Of a stretch of DNA of 64,000 nucleotides, positions 1 to 12,688 are shown in pieces. Below the pieces are notes generated by a model that saw only the letters and a list, made by a program, of their open reading frames with translations, was not told the DNA's origin and did no database searches. Origin of the DNA: Leptogorgia sarmentosa (taxonomy: Eukaryota); assembly GCA_964658305.1 (NCBI GenBank), contig OZ210885.1:14260001-14324000 (forward strand), in the 5' to 3' direction. The first letter of the stretch is position 1; each line of letters starts with the position of its first letter. The position numbers were made by a program, and so were the translations under genes.

Positions 1-500
1 TAAAAAAAACAAGGTTGTTTCTTCATATATCACTGTTATGAAGGGTGTTAGAGAAGTTGGTTTAAATATAGCAAAATTTCACCACATTTATCAAACCTTG
101 ATAAATTAAACGCCACATCATCAATGACTCAAAAAAACAAGGTTGCTTTTTTATGAAAGCTGTTAGAGAAGTTGGTTAAATTATAGCAAAATTTCACCAC
201 ATTTAACCAACCTTGATAAATTAAATGCCACATTGTCAATGACTCAAAAAAACAAGGTTGCTTCTTCATATATCACTGTTATGAAGGGTGTTGGAGAAGT
301 TGGTTAAATTATAGCAAAATTTCACGACATTTAACCAACCTTGATAAATTAAATGCCACATGGTCAATGACTCAAAAAAACAAGGTTGCTTCTTCATATA
401 TCACTGTTATGAAGGGTGTTAGAGAAGTTGGTTAAAATATACCAAAATTTCACCACATTTAACCAACGTTGATAAATTAAATGCCACATCGTCAATGACT

Positions 501-1206
501 CAAAAAAACAAGGTTGCTTTTTTATGAAAGGTGTTAGAGAAGTTGGTTAAATGATAGCAAAATTTCACCACATTTAACCAACCTTGATAAATTAAATGCC
601 ACATCGTCAATGACTAAAAAAAACAAGGTTGCTTTTTTATGAAAGGTGTTAGAGAAGTTGGTTAAATTATAGCAAAATTTCACCACATTTATCAAACCTT
701 GATAAATTAAATGCCACATTGTCAATGACTCAAAAAACAAGGTTGCTTCTTCATATATCACTGTTATTAACAGTGTTAGAGTAGTTGGTTTATAGCAAAA
801 TTTCACCACATTTAACCAACCTTGATAAATTAAACGCCACATCATCAATGACTCAAAAAAACAAGGTTGCTTTTTTATGAAGGGTGTTAGAGAAGTTGGG
901 TAAATTATAGCAAAATTTCACCACATTTAACCAACCTTGATAAATTAAATGCCACATCGTCAATGACTAAAAAAAACAAGGTTGCTTTTTTATGAAAGGT
1001 GTTAGAGAAGTTGGTTAAATTATAGCAAAATTTCACCACATTTATCAAACCTTGATAAATTAAATGCCACATTGTCAATGACTCAAAAAACAAGGTTGCT
1101 TCTTCATATATCACTGTTATTAACAGTGTTAGAGTAGTTGGTTTATAGCAAAATTTCACCACATTTAACCAACCTTGATAAATTAAACGCCACATCATCA
1201 ATGACT
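501..1206 (+). repeat. 353-bp trimeric higher-order repeat (115+115+123), two tandem copies
   Basis: Unit starts at 501, 854 and 1207. The same trimer is tandem at 2085-2790 (identical ORF frames at 2136 and 2489) and 5977-6682 (ORFs 6028 and 6381), each offset by 353. Confidence 0.9.
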
Positions 1207-4200
1207 CAAAAAAACAAGGTTGCTTTTTTATGAAGGGTGTTAGAGAATTTGGGTAAATTATAGCAAAATTTCACCACATTTATCCAACCTTGATAAATTA
1301 AACGCCACTTTGTCAATGACTCAAAAAACAAGGTTGCTTCTTCATATATCACTGTTATGAAGGGTGTTAGAGAAGTTGGTTTAAATAAAGCAACATTTCA
1401 CCACATTTAACCAACCTTGATAAATTAAACGCCACATTGTCAATGACTCAAAAAAACAAGGTTACTTCTTCATATAACACTGTTATGAAGGGTGTTAGAG
1501 AAGTTGGTTAAATTATAGCAAAATTTCACCACATTTAACCAACCTTGATAAATTAAACGGCACACTGTGAATGACTAAAAAAAACAAGGTTGCTTCTTCA
1601 TATATCACTGTTATGAAGGGTGTTAGAGTAGTTGGTTTATAGCAAAATTTCACCACATTTAACCAACCTTGATAAATTAAATGCCACATTGTCAATGACT
1701 CAAAAAAACAAGGTTGCTTCTTTATATATCACTGTTATGAAGGGTGTTGGAGAAGTTGGTTAAATTATAGCAAAATTTCACCACATTTAACCAACCTTGA
1801 TAAATTAAACGCCACATCGTGAATGACTAAAAAAAACAAGGTTGTTTCTTCATATATCACTGTTATGAAGGGTGTTAGAGAAGTTGGTTTAAATATAGCA
1901 AAATTTCACCACATTTAACCAACCTTGATAAATTAAACGCCACATTGTCAATCACTAAAAAAAACAAGGTTGCTTCTTCATATATCACTGTTATGAAGGG
2001 TGTTAGAGAAGTTGGTTTAAATATAGCAAAATTTCACCACATTTAACCACCCTTGATCAATTAAACGCCACATTGTCAATGACTCAAAAAAACAAGGTTG
2101 CTTTTTTATGAAGGGTGTTAGAGAAGTTGGTTAAATTATAGCAAAATTTCACCACATTTAACCAACCTTGATAAATTAAATGCCACATCGTCAATGACTA
2201 AAAAAAACAAGGTTGCTTTTTTATGAAAGGTGTTAGAGAAGTTGGTTAAATTATAGCAAAATTTCACCACATTTATCAAACCTTGATAAATTAAATGCCA
2301 CATTGTCAATGACTCAAAAAACAAGGTTGCTTCTTCATATATCACTGTTATTAACAGTGTTAGAGTAGTTGGTTTATAGCAAAATTTCACCACATTTAAC
2401 CAACCTTGATAAATTAAACGCCACATCATCAATGACTCAAAAAAACAAGGTTGCTTTTTTATGAAGGGTGTTAGAGAAGTTGGTTAAATTATAGCAAAAT
2501 TTCACCACATTTAACCAACCTTGATAAATGAAATGCCACATCGTCAATGACTAAAAAAAACAAGGTTGCTTTTTTATGAAAGGTGTTAGAGAAGTTGGTT
2601 AAATTATAGCAAAATTTCACCACATTTATCAAACCTTGATAAATTAAATGCCACATTGTCAATGACTCAAAAAACAAGGTTGCTTCTTCATATATCACTG
2701 TTATTAACAGTGTTAGAGTAGTTGGTTTGTAGCAAAATTTCACCACATTTAACCAACCTTGATAAATTAAACGCCACATCATCAATGACTCAAAAAAACA
2801 AGGTTACTTTTTTATGAAGGGTGTTAGAGAATTTGGGTAAATTATAGCAAAATTTCACCACATTTATCCAACCTTGATAAATTAAACGCCACTTTGTCAA
2901 TGACTCAAAAACCAAGGTTGCTTCTTCATATATCACTGTTATTAACAGTGGTAGAGAAGTTGGTTTATAGCAAAATATCACCACATTTAACCAACCTTAA
3001 TCAATTAAACGCCACATCATCAATGACTAAAAAAAACAAGGTTGCTTCTTCATATAACACTGTTATGAAGGGTGTTAGAGAAGTTGGTTAAATTATAGCA
3101 AAATTTCACCACATTTAACCAACCTTGATAAATTAAACGCCACATCGTCAATGACTCAAAAAAACAAGGTTGCTTTTTTATGAAGGGTGTTAGAGAATTT
3201 GGGTAAATTATAGCAAAATTTCACCACATTTATCCAACCTTGATAAATTAAACGCCACATTGTCAATGACTCAAAAAACAAGGTTGCTTCTTCATATATC
3301 ACTGTTATGAAGGGTGTTGGAGAAGTTGGTTTAAATATAGCAAAATTTCACCACATTTAACCAACCTTGATAAATTAAACGCCACATTGTCAATGACTCA
3401 AAAAAACAAGGTTGCTTCTTCATATATCACTGTTATGAAGGGTGTTGGAGAAGTTGGTTAAATTATAGCAAAATTTCACCACATTTAACCAACCTTGATA
3501 AATTAAACGCCACACTGTGAATGACTAAAAAAAACAAGGTTGCTTCTTCATATATCACTGTTATGAAGGGTGTTAGAGAAGTTGGTTTAAATATAGCAAA
3601 ATTTCACCACATTTAACCAACCTTGATAAATTAAACGCCACATCATCAATGACTCAAAAAAACAAGGTTGCTTTTTTATGAAGGGTGTTAGAGAATTTGG
3701 GTAAATTATAGCAAAATTTCACCACATTTATCCAACCTTGATAAATTAAACGCCACATTGTCAATGACTCAAAAAACAAGGTTGCTTCTTCACATATCAC
3801 TGTTACTAACGGTGTTAGAGAAGTTGGTTTATAGCAAAACATCACCACAGTTAACCAACCTTAATCAATTAAACGCCATATCATCAATGACTAAAAAAAA
3901 CAAGGTTGCTTCTTCATATAACACTGTTATGAAGGGTGTTAGAGAAGTTGGTTAAATTATAGCAAAATTTCACCACATTTAACCAACCTTGATAAATTAA
4001 ACGCCACATCGTCAATGACTCAAAAAAACAAGGTTGCTTTTTTATGAAGGGTGTTAGAGAATTTGGGTAAATTATAGCAAAATTTCACCACATTTATCCA
4101 ACCTTGATAAATTAAACGCCACATTGTCAATGATTCAAAAAACAAGGTTGCTTCTTCATATATCACTGTTATTAACAGTGTTAGAGAAGTTGGTTTAAAT

Positions 4201-4509
4201 ATAGCAAAATTTCACCACATTTAACCAACCTTGATAAATTAAACGCCACATTGTCAATGACTCAAAAAAACAAGGTTGCTTCTTCATATATCACTGTTAT
4301 GAAGGGTGTTGGAGAAGTTGGTTAAATTATAGCAAAATTTCACCACATTTAACCAACCTTGATAAATTAAACGCCACACTGTGAATGACTAAAAAAAACA
4401 AGGTTGCTTCTTCATATATCACTGTTATGAAGGGTGTTGGAGAAGTTGGTTTAAATATAGCAAAATTTCACCACATTTAACCAACCTTGATAAATTAAAC
4501 GCCACATTG

Positions 4510-7500
4510 TCAATGACTCAAAAAAACAAGGTTGCTTTTTTATGCAGGGTGTTAGAGAAGTTGGTTAAATTATAGCAAAATTTCACCACATTTAACCAAC
4601 CTTGATAAATTAAATGCCACATCGTCAATGACTAAAAAAAACAAGGTTGCTTTTTTATGAAAGGTGTTAGAGAAGTTGGTTAAATTATAGCAAAATTTCA
4701 CAATATTTATCAAACCTTGATAAATTAAATGCCACATTGTCAATGACTCAAAAAACAAGGTTGCTTCTTCATATATCACTGTTATTAACAGTGTTAGAGT
4801 AGTTGGTTTATAGCAAAATTTCACCACATTTAACCAACCTTGATAAATTAAACGCCACATCATCAATGACTCAAAAAAACAAGGTTGCTTTTTTATGAAG
4901 GGTGTTAGAGAATTTGGGTGAATTATAGCAAAATTTCACCACATTTATCCAACCTTGATAAATTAAACGCCACTTTGTCAATGACTCAAAAAAACAAGGT
5001 TGCTTCTTCATATATCACTGTTATGAAGGGTGTTGGAGAAGTTGGTTAAATTATAGCAAAATTTCACCACATTTAACCAACCTTGATAAATTAAACGCCA
5101 CACTGTGAATGACTAAAAAAAACAAGGTTGCTTCTTCATATATCACTGTTATGAAGGGTGTTAGAGAAGTTGGTTTAAATATAGCAAAATTTCACCACAT
5201 TTAACCAACCTTGATAAATTAAACGCCACATTGTCAATGACTCAAAAAAACAAGGTTGCTTTATTATGAAGGGTGTTAGAGAATTTGGGTAAATTATAGC
5301 AAAATTTCACCACATTTATCCAACCTTGATAAATTAAGCGCCACTTTGTCAATGACTCAAAAAACAAGGTTGCTTCTTCATATATCACTGTTATTAACAG
5401 TGTTAGAGAAGTTGGTTTAAATATAGCAAAATTTCACCACATTTAACCAACCTTGATAAATTAAACGCCACATTGTCAATGACTCAAAAAACAAGGTTGC
5501 TTCTTCACATATCACTGTTACTAACGGTGTAAGAGAAGTTGGTTTATAGCAAAATATCACCACATTTAACCAGCCTTGATAAATTAAACGCCACATCGTC
5601 AATGACTAAAAAAAACAAGGTTGCTTGTTTATGAAAGGTGTTAGAGAAGTTGGTTAAATTATAGCAAAATTTCACCACATATATCCAACCTTGATAAATT
5701 AAACGGCACATTGTCAATGACTCAAAAAACAAGGTTGCTTCTTCATATATCACTGTTATGAAGGGTGTTGGAGAAGTTGGTTAAATTATAGCAAAATTTC
5801 ACCACATTTAACCAACCTTGATAAATTAAACGCCACACTGTGAATGACTAAAAAAAACAAGGTTGCTTCTTCATATATCACTTTATGAAGGGTGTTAGAG
5901 AAGTATGTTTAAATATAGCAAAATTTCACCACATTTAACCAACCTTGATCAATTAAACGCCACATTGTCAATGACTCAAAAAAACAAGGTTGCTTTTTTA
6001 TGAAGGGTGTTAGAGAAGTTGGTTAAATTATAGCAAAATTTCACCACATTTAACCAACCTTGATAAATTAAATGCCACATCGTCAATGACTAAAAAAAAC
6101 AAGGTTGCTTTTTTATGAAAGGTGTTAGAGAAGTTGGTTAAATTATAGCAAAATTTCACCACATTTATCAAACCTTGATAAATTAAATGCCACATTGTCA
6201 ATGACTCAAAAAACAAGGTTGCTTCTTCATATATCACTGTTATTAACAGTGTTAGAGTAGTTGGTTTATAGCAAAATTTCACCACATTTAACCAACCTTG
6301 ATAAATTAAACGCCACATCATCAATGACTCAAAAAAACAAGGTTGCTTTTTTATGCAGGGTGTTAGAGAAGTTGGTTAAATTATAGCAAAATTTCACCAC
6401 ATTTAACCAACCTTGATAAATTAAATGCCACATCGTCAATGACTAAAAAAAACAAGGTTGCTTTTTTATGAAAGGTGTTAGAGAAGTTGGTTAAATTATA
6501 GCAAAATTTCACAATATTTATCAAACCTTGATAAATTAAATGCCACATTGTCAATGACTCAAAAAACAAGGTTGCTTCTTCATATATCACTGTTATTAAC
6601 AGTGTTAGAGTAGTTGGTTTATAGCAAAATTTCACCACATTTAACCAACCTTGATAAATTAAACGCCACATCATCAATGACTCAAAAAAACAAGGTTGCT
6701 TTTTTATGAAGGGTGTTAGAGAATTTGGGTGAATTATAGCAAAATTTCACCACATTTATCCAACCTTGATAAATTAAACGCCACTTTGTCAATGACTCAA
6801 AAAAACAAGGTTGCTTCTTCATATATCACTGTTATGAAGGGTGTTGGAGAAGTTGGTTAAATTATAGCAAAATTTCACCACATTTAACCAACCTTGATAA
6901 ATTAAACGCCACACTGTGAATGACTAAAAAAAACAAGGTTGCTTCTTCATATATCACTGTTATGAAGGGTGTTAGAGAAGTTGGTTTAAATATAGCAAAA
7001 TTTCACCACATTTAACCAACCTTGATAAATTAAACGCCACATTGTCAATGACTCAAAAAAACAAGGTTGCTTTATTATGAAGGGTGTTAGAGAATTTGGG
7101 TAAATTATAGCAAAATTTCACCACATTTATCCAACCTTGATAAATTAAGCGCCACTTTGTCAATGACTCAAAAAACAAGGTTGCTTCTTCATATATCACT
7201 GTTATTAACAGTGTTAGAGAAGTTGGTTTAAATATAGCAAAATTTCACCACATTTAACCAACCTTGATAAATTAAACGCCACATTGTCAATGACTCAAAA
7301 AACAAGGTTGCTTCTTCACATATCACTGTTACTAACGGTGTAAGAGAAGTTGGTTTATAGCAAAATATCACCACATTTAACCAGCCTTGATAAATTAAAC
7401 GCCACATCGTCAATGACTAAAAAAAACAAGGTTGCTTGTTTATGAAAGGTGTTAGAGAAGTTGGTTAAATTATAGCAAAATTTCACCACATATATCCAAC

Positions 7501-8166
7501 CTTGATAAATTAAACGGCACATTGTCAATGACTCAAAAAACAAGGTTGCTTCTTCATATATCACTGTTATGAAGGGTGTTGGAGAAGTTGGTTAAATTAT
7601 AGCAAAATTTCACCACATTTAACCAACCTTGATAAATTAAACGCCACACTGTGAATGACTAAAAAAAACAAGGTTGCTTCTTCATATATCACTTTATGAA
7701 GGGTGTTAGAGAAGTATGTTTAAATATAGCAAAATTTCACCACATTTAACCAACCTTGATCAATTAAACGCCACATTGTCAATGACTCAAAAAAACAAGG
7801 TTGCTTTTTTATGAAGGGTGTTAGAGAAGTTGGTTAAATTATAGCAAAATTTCACCACATTTAACCAACCTTGATAAATTAAATGCCACATCGTCAATGA
7901 CTAAAAAAAACAAGGTTGCTTTTTTATGAAAGGTGTTAGAGAAGTTGGTTAAATTATAGCAAAATTTCACCACATTTATCAAACCTTGATAAATTAAATG
8001 CCACATTGTCAATGACTCAAAAAACAAGGTTGCTTCTTCATATATCACTGTTATTAACAGTGTTAGAGTAGTTGGTTTATAGCAAAATTTCACCACATTT
8101 AACCAACCTTGATAAATTAAACGCCACATCATCAATGACTCAAAAAAACAAGGTTGCTTTTTTATG
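4510..8166 (+). repeat. 1811-bp tandem duplication (two copies)
   Basis: ORF pairs 4570/6381, 5417/7228, 5544/7355 and 6028/7839 are all offset by 1811. Shared rare variants include tatgcaggg (4541/6352), aaattaagcg, ccagcc, the 1-bp deletion cactttatgaag and aagtatgttt. Confidence 0.93.
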
Positions 8167-8764
8167 AAGGGTGTTAGAGAATTTGGGTAAATTATAGCAA
8201 AGTTTCACCACATTTATCCAACCTTGATAAATTAAACGCCACTTTGTCAATGACTCAAAAAACAAGGTTGCTTCTTCATATATCACTGTTATTAACAGTG
8301 TTAGAGAAGTTGGTTTAAATATAGCAAAATTTCACCACATTTAACCAACCTTGATAAATTAAACGCCACATTGTCAATGACTAAAAAAAACAAGGTTGCT
8401 TTTTTATGAAGGGTGTTAGAGAAGTTGGTTAAATTATAGCAAAATTTCACCACATTTAACCAACCTTGATAAATTAAATGCCACATTGTGAATGACTCAA
8501 AAAAACAAGGTTGCTTCTTCATATATCACTGTTATGAAGGGTGTTAGAGAAGTTGGTTTAAATAAAGCAACATTTCACCACATTTAACCAACCTTGATAA
8601 ATTAAACGCCACATTGTCAATGACTCAAAAAACAAGGTTGCTTCTTCACATATCACTGTTACTAACGGTGTAAGAGAAGTTGGTTTATAGCAAAATATCA
8701 CCACATTTAACCAACCTTGATAAATTAAATGCCACATCATCAATGACTAAAAAAAACAAGGTTA

Positions 8765-9890
8765 CTTCTTCATATAACACTGTTATGAAGGGTGTTAGAG
8801 AAGTTGGTTAAATTATAGCAAAATTTCACCACATTTATCCAACCTTGATAAATTAAACGCCACACTGTGAATGACTAAAAAAAAACAAGGTTGCTTCTTC
8901 ATATATCACTGTTATGAAGGGTGTTAGAGAAGTTGGTTTAAATATAGCAAAATTTCACCACATTTAACCAACCTTGATCAATTAAACGCCACATTGTCAA
9001 TGACTCAAAAAAACAAGGTTGCTTTTTTATGCAGGGTGTTAGAGAAGTTGGTTAAATTATAGCAAAATTTCACCACATTTAACCAACCTTGATAAATTAA
9101 ATGCCACATCGTCAATGACTAAAAAAAACAAGGTTGCTTTTTTATGAAAGGTGTTAGAGAAGTTGGTTAAATTATAGCAAAATTTCACAATATTTATCAA
9201 ACCTTGATAAATTAAATGCCACATTGTCAATGACTCAAAAAACAAGGTTGCTTCTTCATATATCACTGTTATTAACAGTGTTAGAGTAGTTGGTTTATAG
9301 CAAAATTTCACCACATTAAACCAACCTTAATCAATTAAACGCCACATCATCAATGACTAAAAAAAACAAGGTTGCTTCTTCATATAACACTGTTATGAAG
9401 GGTGTTAGAGAAGTTGGTTAAATTATAGCAAAATTTCACCACATTTATCCAACCTTGATAAATTAAACGCCACACTGTGAATGACTAAAAAAAAACAAGG
9501 TTGCTTCTTCATATATCACTGTTATGAAGGGTGTTAGAGAAGTTGGTTTAAATATAGCAAAATTTCACCACATTTAACCAACCTTGATCAATTAAACGCC
9601 ACATTGTCAATGACTCAAAAAAACAAGGTTGCTTTTTTATGCAGGGTGTTAGAGAAGTTGGTTAAATTATAGCAAAATTTCACCACATTTAACCAACCTT
9701 GATAAATTAAATGCCACATCGTCAATGACTAAAAAAAACAAGGTTGCTTTTTTATGAAAGGTGTTAGAGAAGTTGGTTAAATTATAGCAAAATTTCACAA
9801 TATTTATCAAACCTTGATAAATTAAATGCCACATTGTCAATGACTCAAAAAACAAGGTTGCTTCTTCATATATCACTGTTATTAACAGTG
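8765..9890 (+). repeat. 610-bp pentameric tandem duplication (~1.8 copies)
   Basis: A9-run monomers at ~8876 and ~9486; gcaggg and cacaatattt variants repeated at +610; ORF ends at 9057 and 9667. Confidence 0.88.
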
Positions 9891-11926
9891 GTAGAGAAGT
9901 TGGTTTATAGCAAAATATCACCACATTTAACCAACCTTAATCAATTAAACGCCACATCATCAATGACTAAAAAAAACAAGGTTGCTTCTTCATATAACAC
10001 TGTTATGAAGGGTGTTAGAGAAGTTGGTTAAATTATAGCAAAATTTCACCACATTTAACCAACCTTGATAAATTAAACGCCACATCGTCAATGACTCAAA
10101 AAAACAAGGTTGCTTTTTTATGAAGAGTGTTAGAGAATTTGGGTAAATTATAGCAAAATTTCACCACATTTATCCAACGTTGATAAATTAAACGCCACAT
10201 TGTCAATGACTCAAAAAACAAGGTTGCTTCTTCATATATCACTGTTATGAAGGGTGTCAGAGAAGTTGGTTTAAATAAAGCAACATTTCACCACATTTAA
10301 CCAACCTTGATAAATTAAACGCCACATTGTCAATGACTCAAAAAAACAAGGTTACTTCTTCATATAACACTGTTATGAAGGGTGTTAGAGAAGTTGGTTA
10401 AATTATAGCAAAATTTCACCACATTTAACCAACCTTGATAAATTAAACGGCACACTGTGAATGACTAAAAAAAACAAGGTTGCTTCTTCATATATCACTG
10501 TTATGAAGGGTGTTAGAGTAGTTGGTTTATAGCAAAATTTCACCACATTTAACCAACCTTGATAAATTAAACGCCACATCATCAATGACTCAAAAAAACT
10601 AGGTTGCTTTATTATGAAGGGTGTTAGAGAATTTGGGTAAATTATAGCAAAATTTCACCACATTTATCCAACCTTGATAAATTAAACGCCACTTTGTCAA
10701 TGACTCAAAAAACAAGGTTGCTTCTTCATATATCACTGTTATTAACAGTGTTAGAGAAGTTGGTTTAAATATAGCAAAATTTCACCACATTTATCAAACC
10801 TTGATAAATTAAATGCCACATTGTCAATGACTAAAAAAAACAAGGTTGCTTTTTTATGAAAGGTGTTAGAGAAGTTGGTTAAATTATAGCAAAATTTCAC
10901 CACATTTATCAAACCTTGATAAATTAAATGCCACATTGTCAATGACTCAAAAAACAAGGTTGCTTCTTCATATATCACTGTTATTAACAGTGTTAGAGTA
11001 GTTGGTTTATAGCAAAATTTCACCACATTTAACCAACCTTGATAAATTAAACGCCACATCATCAATGACTCAAAAAAACAAGGTTGCTTTTTTATGAAGG
11101 GTGTTAGAGAATTTGGGTAAATTATAGCAAAATTTCACCACATTTATCCAACCTTGATAAATTAAACGCCACTTTGTCAATGACTCAAAAAACAAGGTTG
11201 CTTCTTCATATATCACTGTTATTAACAGTGTTAGAGAAGTTGGTTTAAATATAGCAAAATTTCACCACATTTAACCAACCTTGATAAATTAAATGCCACA
11301 TTGTCAATGACTCAAAAAAACAAGGTTGCTTCTTCATATATCACTGTTATGAAGGGTGTTGGAGAAGTTGGTTAAATTATAGCAAAATTTCACGACATTT
11401 AACCAACCTTGATAAATTAAATGCCACATGGTCAATGACTCAAAAAAACAAGGTTGCTTCTTCATATATCACTGTTATGAAGGGTGTTAGAGAAGTTGGT
11501 TTAAATAAAGCAACATTTCACCACATTTAACCAACCTTGATAAATTAAACGCCACATTGTCAATGACTAAAAAAAACAAGGTTGCTTTTTTATGAAGGGT
11601 GTTAGAGAAGTTGGTTAAATTAGAGCAAAATTTCACCACATTTAACCAACCTTGATAAATTAAATGCCACATTGTGAATGACTCAAAAAAACAAGGTTGC
11701 TTCTTCATATATCACTGTTATGAAGGGTGTTAGAGAAGTTGGTTTAAATAAAGCAACATTTCACCACATTTAACCAACCTTGATAAATTAAACGCCACAT
11801 CATCAATGACTCAAAAAAACAAGGTTGCTTTTTTATGAAGGGTGTTAGAGAATTTGGGTAAATTATAGCAAAATTTCACCACATTTATCCAACCTTGATA
11901 AATGAAACGCCACATTGTCAATGACT

Positions 11927-12688
11927 CAAAAAACAAGGTTGCTTCTTCATATATCACTGTTATGAAGGGTGTTAGAGAAGTTGGTTAAATTATAGCAAAA
12001 TTTCACCACATTTAACCAACCTTAATAAATTAAACGCCACATTGTCAATGACTCAAAAAACAAGGTTGCTTCTTCATATATCACTGTTATTAATGGTGTT
12101 AGAGAAGTTGGTTTAAATATAGCAAAATTTCACCACATTTAACCAACCTTGATAAATTAAACGCCACATCATCAATGACTCAAAAAACAAGGTTGCTTCT
12201 TCATATATCACTGTTATGAAGGGTGTTAGAGAAGTTGGTTAAATTATAGCAAAATTTCACCACATTTAACCAACCTTAATAAATTAAACGCCACATTGTC
12301 AATGACTCAAAAAACAAGGTTGCTTCTTCATATATCACTGTTATTAATGGTGTTGGAGAAGTTGGTTTAAATATAGCAAAATTTCACCACATTTAACCAA
12401 CCTTGATAAATTAAACGCCACATCATCAATGACTCAAAAAACAAGGTTGCTTCTTCATATATCACTGTTATGAAGGGTGTTAGAGAAGTTGGTTAAATTA
12501 TAGCAAAATTTCACCACATTTAACCAACCTTAATAAATTAAACGCCACATTGTCAATGACTCAAAAAACAAGGTTGCTTCTTCATATATCACTGTTATTA
12601 ATGGTGTTGGAGAAGTTGGTTTAAATATAGCAAAATTTCACCACATTTAACCAACCTTGATAAATTAAACGCCACGTCATCAATGACT
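11927..12688 (+). repeat. 254-bp dimeric higher-order repeat (127+127), three copies
   Basis: cttaataaat at 12021, 12275 and 12529 alternates with monomers carrying ttattaatggtg. Confidence 0.88.

Noticed and set aside
90..165. Satellite-encoded hammerhead ribozyme (ttgataa resembling a U3-A8 core variant, with gaaa in some 115-bp monomers)
   Set aside because: There is no canonical CUGANGA, I could not form stems I-III around the motifs, and gaaa is present only in a subset. An Infernal search with Rfam hammerhead models would settle it.
2790..4500. 864-bp periodicity as a clean tandem duplication
   Set aside because: The ORF offset of 864 exists, but the copies differ at many diagnostic sites. 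It is at best an older degenerate heptamer and is not called as a discrete feature.
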